From the NCBI GenBank assembly GCA_965261395.1, contig OZ253462.1:704001-768000 (forward strand): a stretch of 64,000 nt of DNA. The letters are read 5' to 3'. The notes beneath the pieces were generated by a model. That model worked only from the letters and a program-made list of their open reading frames with translations, did no database searches and had not been told where the DNA came from. Each line of letters opens with the position of its first letter. Position 1 is the first letter of the stretch. Shown here in pieces: positions 48,001-56,480 of this stretch. Origin of the DNA: Candidatus Latescibacterota bacterium (GTDB taxonomy: Bacteria > Latescibacterota > UBA2968 > UBA8231). The translations under genes were made by a program, and so were the position numbers.

Positions 48001-48236
48001 GGCAACTCTTGTTCCACCGCTTCACTCCACGCCGCTTTGAGCTGGTACAGGCCCTCTTCGGCTGGTTCAAGTTGCTCAGATAGTTCGGCGAACCACTCAG
48101 GATGCGTGTAGTCGCCCGTTCCAACCACGTCAACGCCCTTGAGCGCCGACCACTTGTGCAAGTTGGAAGGGTTGAGGTCGCGGCTCGTCGCCCGGGCAAA
48201 GCGCGAGTGCAAATGCACATCGATTATGAACTGCAT
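45030..48236 (-). CDS. Endonuclease Q-like PHP domain (TIGR00375) fused to a UvrD/REP SF1 helicase
   Basis: N-part: DVHLHSRFARATS, GTGDYTHP, VETGLSSDP, SNSDAHS, EGKYHYDGHRKC..C and CPVCG. C-part: AGPGSGKT, LIDEFQD, GDPDQAIYSFRG, MTLHAAKGLEF and EERRLFYVGMTRA. Confidence 0.9.
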   Translation of the reverse strand: MQFIIDVHLHSRFARATSRDLNPSNLHKWSALKGVDVVGTGDYTHPEWFAELSEQLEPAEEGLYQLKAAWSEAVEQELPEHCRRAVRFMLSVEISTIYKKGDKTRKIHHVVILPSLESVARLNRRLGAIGNLKSDGRPILGLDSRDLLEICLEADENVLFVPAHIWTPHFAALGASSGFDSLEECYEDLLPHIFAVETGLSSDPPMNWRLSALDRYAIISNSDAHSPQKLAREATCFDTECSYPGIYAALKDRDPARFLGTLEFYPEEGKYHYDGHRKCAVCYKPAQTLAAEGICPVCGRKLTVGVLHRVELLADRPEGFRPEVAPPYEYLIPLDEVIGAAVGVGPKSKKVRAVYDRLLAEIGPELDVLRHAGLAAIESCGGPLVAEGVRRMRCGEVDIYPGHDGEYGVVSVFSEEERARLKGQGALFDLGPAAAKTAEEVVPMPPPRPASTAQAEQDADALDAAQRQIEEAEGGPLVVVAGPGSGKTRVLTRRIARLVASGVDPGQIMAITFTRRAAGQMRQRLSALLGGESGLGAMQVGTFHRLALSLLRELGCEPKLVLDEVEARRVLEGALADAGLPGPVAAAGRAISLAKAAAQGPDEIAEEWRPHYDAYQAALHASGACDYDDILLDLLRLLEADAAVREQVRARFPYLLIDEFQDLNAAQYRLVLQLAGEGTGLMAIGDPDQAIYSFRGASPAHFVHLRDRFSDTRLFHLGANYRSQGHIVEAAAAVVGHNPGREAIELAAVRPGKERIRLMEVQGETAEGIAVVREIARMVGGTDMVQTDAGAEGTRSFADFAVLFRTGQQGRALEECFRKEGLPYRLVGQKGFLQAPAVRAALAFARYASISQEDVRRWQALEAMGVEPHILRQVRRGELSAAAQDRVEALEARIAEYRQWAAQEGAGAWVRRWQAEFGDPEDEDLEHLARVADAAGTLAQLLETVLLGAEADYEERGGPQGPEAVALMTLHAAKGLEFPVVFVCGVEDGLIPFRERDADLAEERRLFYVGMTRAEEELVLLRARSRQRYGERVQCALSPFVDEIPARLLAREDVAMPRRRGAEQLSLF

Positions 48237-48267
48237 ATTGGATCCCCGTTGACTTGCGGAGGTTGCC

Positions 48268-49164
48268 CTAATCCCTCCCAACCCAGTTGGCCACCACAAT
48301 GCCCAACGCCACCAACCCCATGCTGGCCAGCAGATAGGGCGATATGGCCTCGTCCAAGAGCGCGGCACTCAACAGCACGCCCACCACCGGCGTGACAAAG
48401 CTGAAGCCCCCCAATCGCCCCGGCGAGTGATGTCGGAGTAGAAAGACTAGGATAATAAAACACAGCCCGGCGACGGCGATGCCTTGGTAAAGCACGCCGG
48501 CGACGACCGGGCCGGTTAGGACGTATTCGGCCTCGGATTCTAAGAGCGCGCTCCAAGCGGCGAACAGCGGCAGGCTCAGCACGGCCTGCCAGAATAGTAC
48601 TTGATAGGGGTTAAGCCCCTGCACCAGCCGCTTGATTACCACCTGCCGCAAACCCAATAACAAGCCGCTGGCGGCCACCATCGCGTCCCCGAGCAGGTAC
48701 TGCGTGTCGGCTAGCGCAAGCGACTCCCAAAACAACAGCACCACGCCGGCAAACGAAATGGCCAAACCGAACCACCGACCCAAGCCCAAGCGGTCGCCGA
48801 CGAGCAAGTGCGCGAAGAGTGCCGTGGAGAAGGGGTAGATATTGACCACCACCCCCGAGCGGCTGGCTGTGGTGTATTGAGTGCCCGCGTTCAGCAGCCA
48901 TATTTGCAGCGCGAACAGCAGCGCCAAGCCACTCAGCCCCTTCCATTCGCCGGGGGGTATGCGCAGCCGAATACCAGCAAAAAGTGCCCCGACCCATACG
49001 GTCAGAGCACCCAATGCGAAGCGCAAGCCAGCCATCGCCGCGGGCGGCACCCCGTCGAGACCCATCTTGATCGCCACCGGATTGCCGCCCCACAGCACGG
49101 CGGTCACAAGGGCTAGGGTCCCGGCCTGTAGCCCGACGGCTTCATTGCGGATTTCGGCGGCCAA
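48268..49164 (-). CDS. EamA/DMT family transporter
   Basis: About 10 TM helices in two repeats. LWGGN..AIK and AGLRF. Confidence 0.9.
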   Translation of the reverse strand: MAAEIRNEAVGLQAGTLALVTAVLWGGNPVAIKMGLDGVPPAAMAGLRFALGALTVWVGALFAGIRLRIPPGEWKGLSGLALLFALQIWLLNAGTQYTTASRSGVVVNIYPFSTALFAHLLVGDRLGLGRWFGLAISFAGVVLLFWESLALADTQYLLGDAMVAASGLLLGLRQVVIKRLVQGLNPYQVLFWQAVLSLPLFAAWSALLESEAEYVLTGPVVAGVLYQGIAVAGLCFIILVFLLRHHSPGRLGGFSFVTPVVGVLLSAALLDEAISPYLLASMGLVALGIVVANWVGRD

Positions 49165-49165
49165 C

Positions 49166-49807
49166 TTATTCGATGATCTCGGCCTTGACGATATAGTCTA
49201 GGTTGGGAAAGTTTTCTTCGAGATAGGCGTTGCCGCGCCCGGTGATCTGCCCTTGGGAAGGCTGCTGGCCGTACTCGGCGTTGATCGCATCAACCACCTC
49301 CATGCCTTCTACGACTTCGCCGAAGGGCGCAAACCCCATGTCGTCGAGGTTGGCGTTGTCGCCCGAGTTAATAAAAAGCTGGGTCGTGCGCGTATTGGGC
49401 TGATTGGATTTGGCGTACGTGATCCGTCCGCGCTCATTGATCTGCTTGACGGGATCGTCGAGGATATGGGCCCGATGCCAAACTTGGTTCAACTCTGGAT
49501 TGCCGCTCAGGCCCCACTGCACCACAAAGCCGGGTACCACGCGGAAGAAGCGCTGCCCGTCGTAGAAACCGTTGCGGACCAAGTTGTAGAAGCGGTCGGC
49601 ACCGCGCGGTGCCCAGTCGCGCGTCACTTGGATGACCACCGGGCCGGCGCTGGTCTCCAAACGCACTGAGAATTCGTCGGGTGCCTGCTCGTTTAAGGCT
49701 TTGCCTGCAGGATCCATTAAGATCTCCTTGATTGGTTCCCCACCTTGGTCGCCGGTTCCACAGCCGAAAGCCCAAAGTGCGATGATTAGTAGTGTGATCC
49801 GCTTCAT
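49166..49807 (-). CDS. Cyclophilin-type peptidyl-prolyl isomerase, lipoprotein
   Basis: Lipobox-like AFGC. WAPRGADRFYNLV..GFYDG.RFFRVVPGFVVQWG and FAPFGEVVEGMEVVD. Confidence 0.9.
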   Translation of the reverse strand: MKRITLLIIALWAFGCGTGDQGGEPIKEILMDPAGKALNEQAPDEFSVRLETSAGPVVIQVTRDWAPRGADRFYNLVRNGFYDGQRFFRVVPGFVVQWGLSGNPELNQVWHRAHILDDPVKQINERGRITYAKSNQPNTRTTQLFINSGDNANLDDMGFAPFGEVVEGMEVVDAINAEYGQQPSQGQITGRGNAYLEENFPNLDYIVKAEIIE

Positions 49808-49846
49808 TTTTAATGCCTTTTTGCTTGGTGTGTTTGTTGATCTCCG

Positions 49847-52084
49847 CTACAGCCCGCTCACGGCTGCGACGAGCGCCTCGGTCGTAATGCCGAAGTGCGC
49901 CCACGTCTCTAGATGGCCTTCTGACGGAGCCGTCGTCGGGTCGGTAATGCCGATGTGCGCCGCCGGAATTCCCAAGTCGCTAGCGGCACCCGCCACTAGC
50001 CCAGCGAAACCGCGCACGCCGGCGTTGGCTGCGCCGATCAGGCCGTCTTCTATCGTTGCCACACCCTTGGGATAGCGGCCCACTAGCTCTTCCAAGGCAG
50101 CGGCAGGTAGCGGCAGCCCGTTGATTATATGTGCATCCACCGCGCCTTCGAGCTGTGCGACCGCCTCGCCGGCGAGAAAAGCCGGCGCGCCAAAAGCCAA
50201 GATCGCCCGCTCGGCTCCGGAGTATGTGCGATAGGCGGTCATCGGCTCCCAAGCGTCGCCTGATTCCCACAGCGGACCCGAGCCGTCTTGCTTGTCGAGG
50301 ATGGGCAGGGAGTCGCGCGGGATGCCAATGATGTGCCCTCCGTAGTGCGCCGCCATATCGCAGACGGCCAAAAACGCCGCCCGCGCATCGGCTGGCCCGT
50401 AGAAGCGGTGCAGATAGGGCAAATAGCTCAAGCCGAGGTTGATCCACTCCAAGCCCCAGCCCGAGAAGTGATCGCGCCCGGTGCAGGCCCCCACGTGCGA
50501 GATGTGAAACGCGACGTTGAGGCCCTCGTTGACGCCGGTGAGGTTGCGCTGATAACGCCAGACGTCAAAGCCCTCGCGGGCAATGCCCTCGTAAAAGGCG
50601 GCAAATGTCGATACCACATTGAGCTGCGGACCCGGTCCGCTCATCGCCAACCCATCGGTAATCAGACAAGCGGCTTGCTCCTCAATGCTCATCTCGAATT
50701 GGTGGTCGGCGGCCAAGAAACCGCGCGCCTTCGCCAGTTTGGTCGAGGGATCAAGGTCGCAGCTAACGACGAAGACGTCATCGGGAAAATGCGCGGCCAC
50801 CGCTGCGTATCCGGCTTCGGAACCGGCGCGCGGGCTTTCGCTCGTACCCACCGCGGGCAGGCTGACCTCTTCCTTGATGCTTGCGGGTAGGACCAAGTTG
50901 CGGCTGCCGGGAGCAGGTCTCGCTCGGGTCTCGACTTGGCGCTTTTCGTCTTGGCGCAGCGTCGCCAGGGCTTGGCACGCGGCCGCTGTTTTTTGGAACA
51001 TCGGGTTGCTCAGCACTTGCGCGGCGTCGCGGCCCTTCATGTGGCCGTCGTGATGTCCTTCACCGCCGGGTAGCTTGTTGACCAAGAAGATGCACTCGAG
51101 CATCGGCACTACGTCGCGGTAGCTCATCAACGAGCCGGGGACCCAGATGCGGGTGCTGAGATCAACGCCGTGCTCGGCGGCAAACGTTGCGACCTCGGAA
51201 CCAAGGCCTAGGCGCTCGCCAAAGTCGCCGAGGTGCTCGTGCGTTCCCGTGGGATAGATCAGCGCCGGCCGGCCCTGTTGCGCCAGTTTGTAACCCTTGA
51301 GATAGGTTTCGTAGAGCGTCGCGGTGTCGTGCAGGGTCTCGACCTCAATGACTTCCACGCCCATCGCCGCGACGATCGGGCGCGGATCCTTGTCCATAAT
51401 GCCCTCGGTTGTGCCCGAAAGCTGGATGCCGTTGCGGTGCATGACGAAGGTGATCGGCGCCCCGTGTACGGCTGCGCCGTTGAAGCCGTTGAGCGCTTGG
51501 CCCGAGATGTAGCCAGCGTCGCCACAGTGGCAGATGACCCAGCTACCCTCGCCGAGCTTGGCCCGCTTGCCGAGGGCTTGGCCCACGGCCACCGGAATCA
51601 TCACCCCCAAGCGCCCGCCGTTGAGTTGGGTGCCGCCTGGCAGCCAAGACACGTGCCCGGGAACGTCGAGCCCGCGGCGAAAACCCTCGACGACAATCTC
51701 CTCATCGACAAAGCCCTGCGCCGCCAATGCCGCGTAGTAGCCCACGGAGGTGTGGGCGTGTTCGATGGTGTATTCGATGCGCTCGTAGTCGGTGATCGCC
51801 AAGGTCAGCAAGAGCGGCGGAATCAGCTCTAGGCCGCCGCCGAGGTGATCCAACTCGCCGAGCTTGGCCAGCGAGGCCAGCGAGCGGATCGCGACCTCGG
51901 CTGCTTCGATCTGCAAGCCCTCTAGAGCGGCGATTTGCCCTTGGTGCAGCGCTTGCTGTTTGCCGATAGCCACGGTGAGCGGCAAGACCGCGGAATGCAC
52001 CTTCTCGCCTAGGTAGCGCACTCCGCCCAACAGCTCTTTGTTGCGCTGCTGTTGGCCTGCTTGCGCCGCTTCAATCCCCCGCAT
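49847..52084 (-). CDS. Divergent single-chain transketolase-like TPP enzyme
   Basis: DHLGGGL, EHAH, PGH, GRLG, TPP motif CGDAG...HRNG, CDLDPSTKL, SIEEQ, STFAAF, SHVG..TGRDH and TIEDG. Confidence 0.8.
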   Translation of the reverse strand: MRGIEAAQAGQQQRNKELLGGVRYLGEKVHSAVLPLTVAIGKQQALHQGQIAALEGLQIEAAEVAIRSLASLAKLGELDHLGGGLELIPPLLLTLAITDYERIEYTIEHAHTSVGYYAALAAQGFVDEEIVVEGFRRGLDVPGHVSWLPGGTQLNGGRLGVMIPVAVGQALGKRAKLGEGSWVICHCGDAGYISGQALNGFNGAAVHGAPITFVMHRNGIQLSGTTEGIMDKDPRPIVAAMGVEVIEVETLHDTATLYETYLKGYKLAQQGRPALIYPTGTHEHLGDFGERLGLGSEVATFAAEHGVDLSTRIWVPGSLMSYRDVVPMLECIFLVNKLPGGEGHHDGHMKGRDAAQVLSNPMFQKTAAACQALATLRQDEKRQVETRARPAPGSRNLVLPASIKEEVSLPAVGTSESPRAGSEAGYAAVAAHFPDDVFVVSCDLDPSTKLAKARGFLAADHQFEMSIEEQAACLITDGLAMSGPGPQLNVVSTFAAFYEGIAREGFDVWRYQRNLTGVNEGLNVAFHISHVGACTGRDHFSGWGLEWINLGLSYLPYLHRFYGPADARAAFLAVCDMAAHYGGHIIGIPRDSLPILDKQDGSGPLWESGDAWEPMTAYRTYSGAERAILAFGAPAFLAGEAVAQLEGAVDAHIINGLPLPAAALEELVGRYPKGVATIEDGLIGAANAGVRGFAGLVAGAASDLGIPAAHIGITDPTTAPSEGHLETWAHFGITTEALVAAVSGL

Positions 52085-52162
52085 GTAGAACTCCCCTAAG
52101 TGGGTATTTTTAGTTGAATAAAGAACCGTAAAAAGTATAAACCCAGCACCGAATGCGGGCAA

Positions 52163-53173
52163 TTAACGCGGCTTGAACTGCACTGCCAATTTCTCTGCCC
52201 ACGCCTTGTTCGCGTCGATCGTGCGCCCGGCGTTGTGCGGCGTATGCACCACGTTGTGCCGCCCCAGCAGTGGGTCGTCTAAAGGCAGCGGCTCTCGATC
52301 CCACACGTCCGCCGCTAGGCTCAGTTCATCGGCCATCACTCGTCGCCGGATTGCGTCGGTATCGCAGATCTTGGCTCTGGTCACCAGCACCACCAGACAG
52401 CCCTTGGGCAGCGCGTCGATGTGCCCGGCCTCGACCAAGCCGCGCGTCGATTCCGTCAGCGGCACCATGGGCGCGAACACTTCGGCATCGGCGACTAGCT
52501 GCTCCAGATGGTACTCGCGGCGCGACCCGGCCCGGTGAAAGCACGGCTCCGTGGCAAACGGATCCCAAGCCGCCACCTCGGCTCCCAGCATCGCGGCGAA
52601 ACTGGCGTAGCGGCTGGCGATATTGCCGGCCCCGACGATCCGCACCCGCTTGCCGCACAGCGTGCCGCTGGCAAAGGCAGGGTTGTCGCCAAACTGGTGG
52701 CCGCGCGCCCCGGGCCGGCCTTGACCCTCGGGCGGCTCGTAGTTCCAAGGCGCTTGGCTTTGGATGATCTCGCGGTGCAACTGCGGAATCCGCCGCAGAC
52801 CGCACAGCGTCAAGGCCAAGCCAAACTCCGCCACGGTCTGCGACCAAAACCCCTCGCTCGGATGGTCGTACACCGCGACGCCGGCCTCGGCCAAATACTC
52901 GTTACAGCCCCCGCCTAGCCGCCGGCCATAAGACCCCTGAAAGGTCGCTTCCTGCAAGGCCGTAAAAAGTCGCAGACACGTCAGGCTTACTGGCACCCCT
53001 AGCGTAGCCAACCGCGTCACGCGGCTCGGATCCTCGACGAGCTCGCCCAAGGGCCGCTCGTCTCCGTGCGCTAGGCGCACAAAGCCCGCTTCGGGCCACA
53101 AGGTGCGGAAGTGGTCGGCGGCAAAGGGCCAAACTCCGTCAAAATCTGGATGAACGACGATCAAATCGCCCAT
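52163..53173 (-). CDS. D-isomer-specific 2-hydroxyacid dehydrogenase (NAD-binding)
   Basis: VAEFGL, RIVGAGNIA, AWDP, VPLTESTRGL, DVWDREPLP and HTPHNAG. Confidence 0.9.
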   Translation of the reverse strand: MGDLIVVHPDFDGVWPFAADHFRTLWPEAGFVRLAHGDERPLGELVEDPSRVTRLATLGVPVSLTCLRLFTALQEATFQGSYGRRLGGGCNEYLAEAGVAVYDHPSEGFWSQTVAEFGLALTLCGLRRIPQLHREIIQSQAPWNYEPPEGQGRPGARGHQFGDNPAFASGTLCGKRVRIVGAGNIASRYASFAAMLGAEVAAWDPFATEPCFHRAGSRREYHLEQLVADAEVFAPMVPLTESTRGLVEAGHIDALPKGCLVVLVTRAKICDTDAIRRRVMADELSLAADVWDREPLPLDDPLLGRHNVVHTPHNAGRTIDANKAWAEKLAVQFKPR

Positions 53174-53174
53174 G

Positions 53175-54065
53175 TTATTCGCTCTCCTGACAAAAAAACG
53201 GCTGCGTCCAAGCAAACGCCTCTCCTGCGCCCCAGCACTCAAAGCGCACGTACCCCGCCTGTGCCGGCACTTCCACCTCAATTTCCCGCCCATCGGCCAC
53301 GGCTATCCGCTTTGCGCCGGCGCGCAAGGCCACGATCCGCGCTGCATTCTCCGTCTCAATCCAAATCCTGTTTCCCTCGACTTGGATCTGGTTGATCTCA
53401 ACTCCCGTCGAGGCGTAAAAGCGACCGGCGCACAGGGCCTCCATCACGCCACTGGCCGTCTCCTCCTCCACATAGGCCACATTCCACCCCAATCCCACAT
53501 CGCCCTCGGCCGCGTGGCTGTCGTCGTTGGCAAACCCCCACAGGCGTCTTCCCGCGCTCAGCAGCATGTCCCAGCGATTCGTCGCGTAGGGGCTGCCGTC
53601 CAAGCGGCTGATCACGCCGTTGTATATTTCCAAGCCCACATAGCCCTCGCAGGCTTGCAAAAGCTCCTGCGGACAGTGGTTGAAATTGCCGTGCCAGTTG
53701 GGATGGTTGAAAAGGGCAAAACCACCGCCCGATTCGTCGACCTCGTCGATTACCTGCTGTCGGTCCGCATGGGGTGCAACCCACGCTGTGGACCCTACGT
53801 GCAAAACGTGCGGGCCGTTGGCGGAAATCTCATTGCCCGGCACCAAAATCATTCCTTGGGCGTCGTATTGCTCGTAGTCTTCCAAGGACGTATGGATGTC
53901 GTGATCGGTGATCGCCAAGAAGCCGTAGCCGCGGCCCGCGTAGTCGTCGATTACCGCTTGGTGATCGCGCTCGCCGTCGCTGGCGGTGGTGTGCGCGTGT
54001 AGGTTGCCGACTAGCCAGCGTCCTTCGCGCAAATTCTGCAAATTCTGATAGGGATGTTCGATCAT
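53175..54065 (-). CDS. PHP-domain metallohydrolase (CehA/McbA-like)
   Basis: GNLHAHTTASDG, AITDH, PGNE, NHP, EIYN and ANDDSH. AGAGGAG RBS. Confidence 0.85.
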   Translation of the reverse strand: MIEHPYQNLQNLREGRWLVGNLHAHTTASDGERDHQAVIDDYAGRGYGFLAITDHDIHTSLEDYEQYDAQGMILVPGNEISANGPHVLHVGSTAWVAPHADRQQVIDEVDESGGGFALFNHPNWHGNFNHCPQELLQACEGYVGLEIYNGVISRLDGSPYATNRWDMLLSAGRRLWGFANDDSHAAEGDVGLGWNVAYVEEETASGVMEALCAGRFYASTGVEINQIQVEGNRIWIETENAARIVALRAGAKRIAVADGREIEVEVPAQAGYVRFECWGAGEAFAWTQPFFCQESE

Positions 54066-54236
54066 CGGATTCTCCTCTGTTGGAAAGTGTCTCAAGATAT
54101 GGGAGCACCCTGCGGGCGACAAGGGAAGAGTGCCGCCGGGGCAGTATTGACGCAAAAAGTAAGTGGCCCTTTAATACAGGCCCGTAAAGAAATAAATTTT
54201 AAGCACGCATAATTGAACTTTCGCCACAGGATCCCG

Positions 54237-54421
54237 ATGAAAATCACCGATATCCGCACGCTCTCGCTCTCGCGCACCCACTGGCTTGGTTTGAGGAGCC
54301 GGTCGAAGCCGGCCACTTGATTCTGCCCGACGCCCCAGGCTTCGGCGTCGAACTGGCCGACGATCTTGAGACTCGCTTTCCTTATATTGAAGGCTCTTGG
54401 GGCAATCCCGTCCAACGCTGA
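54237..54421 (+). pseudogene. Collapsed remnant of an enolase-superfamily (mandelate racemase-like) gene
   Basis: MKITDIRTLSLSRTH is the N-terminus. Another frame gives LAWFEEPV (middle of the protein) joined directly to EAGHLILPDAPGFGVEL...WGNPVQR* (C-terminus). Confidence 0.7.
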
Positions 54422-54427
54422 GGACTT

Positions 54428-55261
54428 ATGGTCACCGACCTCGAAAATTATCTCTTCGACCTGCGCGGCTACTTGCACTTAGAAGGGGCACTTAGCGCCA
54501 ACGAGGTCAAAGATCTCAACGATTGCCTCGACGCCATCCCGCCGCTAGAGCCGGGCGACTGGTACGGCCCTGTCCACGCCCATACCTATGGCACCGTCGA
54601 TGGCCTCAACTTGCAGCAGATCTACGAGGCGGGCGAACCTTTTGAGCGGATGATTGACCATCCCGCTTGGATCGAGAAAGTGCAGCACTTCGTCGGCGGC
54701 GAGGGCACGTTCGACTACGCACACGGGCCGCTCTTCATCGACGAAAACTTTGCCAATTTTCGCCAGCCCGGGGAGGCTATCGGCCTGCACTCCGGCGGCT
54801 ATCCGCCCATCATGCGCAACCAATTTCGCTACCACGGCGGACGCTACATGTGCGGCCAAATCAACATCCTCGTCGCGCTCACGGACATCGGCCCGGGCGA
54901 CGGCGGAACCATGCTGATCCCCGGCAGCCACAAGTCCAACTTCACGCATCCCGACTTAGACCGGCATCGCATGCGGCCCGAAGGTGCCACCGTCGAGGGC
55001 ATCACCGGTGCGGTCGAGTGCCAAATGGCCAAGGGCGACGCCTTGCTCTTTGTCGATGGCCTCTCGCACGGCTCGGCTCGGCGCCAAAACGAGGGCACCC
55101 GCCGTATTTTCGTCTATCGCTACGGGCCATCTTGGGGCAACTTTCGCCACGGCTACCATCCCTCGGACGAGCTGTTGGCGCGCCTGACGCCCGAGCGGCG
55201 GCAGATTGTCTGGCCGCAGAGGCCCCGTCCCCAAGGACCGCAAAAAAAGGCTACTGAGTAG
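54428..55261 (+). CDS. PhyH-family Fe(II)/2OG oxygenase with HxG in place of HxD
   Basis: FDLRGYLHL, IGLHSGG, GDGGTMLIPGSHK, GDALLFVDGLSHGS and RR..VYRY. GAGGA RBS. Confidence 0.85.
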   Translation: MVTDLENYLFDLRGYLHLEGALSANEVKDLNDCLDAIPPLEPGDWYGPVHAHTYGTVDGLNLQQIYEAGEPFERMIDHPAWIEKVQHFVGGEGTFDYAHGPLFIDENFANFRQPGEAIGLHSGGYPPIMRNQFRYHGGRYMCGQINILVALTDIGPGDGGTMLIPGSHKSNFTHPDLDRHRMRPEGATVEGITGAVECQMAKGDALLFVDGLSHGSARRQNEGTRRIFVYRYGPSWGNFRHGYHPSDELLARLTPERRQIVWPQRPRPQGPQKKATE

Positions 55262-55266
55262 ATTCC

Positions 55267-56148
55267 ATGAAGGGCATCATTCTCGCCGGCGGCCAAGGCA
55301 CGCGCCTTTACCCCTTGACCGTATCGGTCTCCAAGCAGATCCTGCCGATCTTCGACAAGCCGATGATCTACTACCCGCTCTCGGTGCTCATGCTGGCCGA
55401 TATCCGCGAGATCCTCATCATCTCCAGCCCAGAGTACATCGACCTCTATCGCCAGCTCTTCGGCGACGGCGAGCGGCTGGGGCTGAGCATTGAATACGCG
55501 GTCCAAGACCGGCCCGAGGGCGTGGCCCACGCCTTTGTCGTGGGGGCCGATTTCGCCGACTGCGACCCCTGTGCCTTGATATTCGGCGACAACTTCCTCT
55601 ACGGGCACGGCCTGACGGCGATTCTACAGCGCGCCTGCCAACTGCGGGAGGGAGGGTTGGTCTTCGCTTACTACGTAAAGGATCCCACGCGCTACGGAGT
55701 CGTCGAATTCGATGCCGAGGGCAACGCTATCAGCATTGAAGAGAAGCCGCAAAACCCCAAGTCCAACTACGCGGTCATCGGCCTTTACTTTTACGACGGG
55801 GAGGTCGTTGACATCGTCCGCGGCCTCAAACCCTCGACCCGCGGCGAGCTGGAGATTACCGATGTCAACATCGAGTATCTGCGCCGCCAGCAGCTCAAGG
55901 TCGAGGTGTTGGGGCGGGGCTTTGCCTGGCTCGACACCGGCACGCACGAGAGTCTGCTAGAGGCCAGCAACTTCGTCCAAACCATCGAGCACCGGCAGGG
56001 GCTCAAAGTGGGCTGCGTCGAGGAAATAGCGTACCGCAAGGGCTACATTGGCGAGGAACAGCTCCTCCGCATCGCCAATTACTCCCCAGACAATGCGTAT
56101 TGTCTCTATCTGAAGCACCTCGTCGAACAGCCCGGGCCGACGTTCTAA
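55267..56148 (+). CDS. rfbA: Glucose-1-phosphate thymidylyltransferase
   Basis: MKGIILAGG.GTRLYPLT..VSKQILP..DKPMIYYPLS, EEKP..PKSNYAV, RGELEITD and GRGFAWLDTGT. Confidence 0.95.
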   Translation: MKGIILAGGQGTRLYPLTVSVSKQILPIFDKPMIYYPLSVLMLADIREILIISSPEYIDLYRQLFGDGERLGLSIEYAVQDRPEGVAHAFVVGADFADCDPCALIFGDNFLYGHGLTAILQRACQLREGGLVFAYYVKDPTRYGVVEFDAEGNAISIEEKPQNPKSNYAVIGLYFYDGEVVDIVRGLKPSTRGELEITDVNIEYLRRQQLKVEVLGRGFAWLDTGTHESLLEASNFVQTIEHRQGLKVGCVEEIAYRKGYIGEEQLLRIANYSPDNAYCLYLKHLVEQPGPTF

Positions 56149-56222
56149 CGCCTTTTGACTTATCGGCCCGCCGCCCTACCTTAATATTTTTCACTTTCCG
56201 CGCAGTCATTATAGATATAGAC

Positions 56223-56474
56223 ATGAAGCAACTCGCACTCGACAGCCCAATCGCCCAGGGGCTCGACCTAGCCTTCGTGGGCATGAGCATCGTCTTCACT
56301 GCCCTGGTATTGGTCAGCGTTTTTATCGCCGTCTTGCCGAGAATCCTCGCCGCGATCAACCCCTATATTCCCCCAGCACAACTCCACACACAGAGCCAGG
56401 ACAAGGAAACCGACGCAGCCGCAATCGCCGCGGCCATCGGCTTCGCCCTGCACGCGCGCCGCCAAAACGACTAA
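56223..56474 (+). CDS. oadG: Na+-translocating decarboxylase gamma subunit
   Basis: A single TM helix GMSIVFTALVLV, a Pro-rich linker and AAAIAAAI. Located directly upstream of oadB. Confidence 0.8.
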   Translation: MKQLALDSPIAQGLDLAFVGMSIVFTALVLVSVFIAVLPRILAAINPYIPPAQLHTQSQDKETDAAAIAAAIGFALHARRQND

Positions 56475-56480
56475 ACGGCC

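Noticed and set aside
45030-48236. EndoQ/PHP-UvrD fusion as a novel system
   Set aside because: This architecture is already a recognised, fairly widespread fusion, so it is reported as a feature only.
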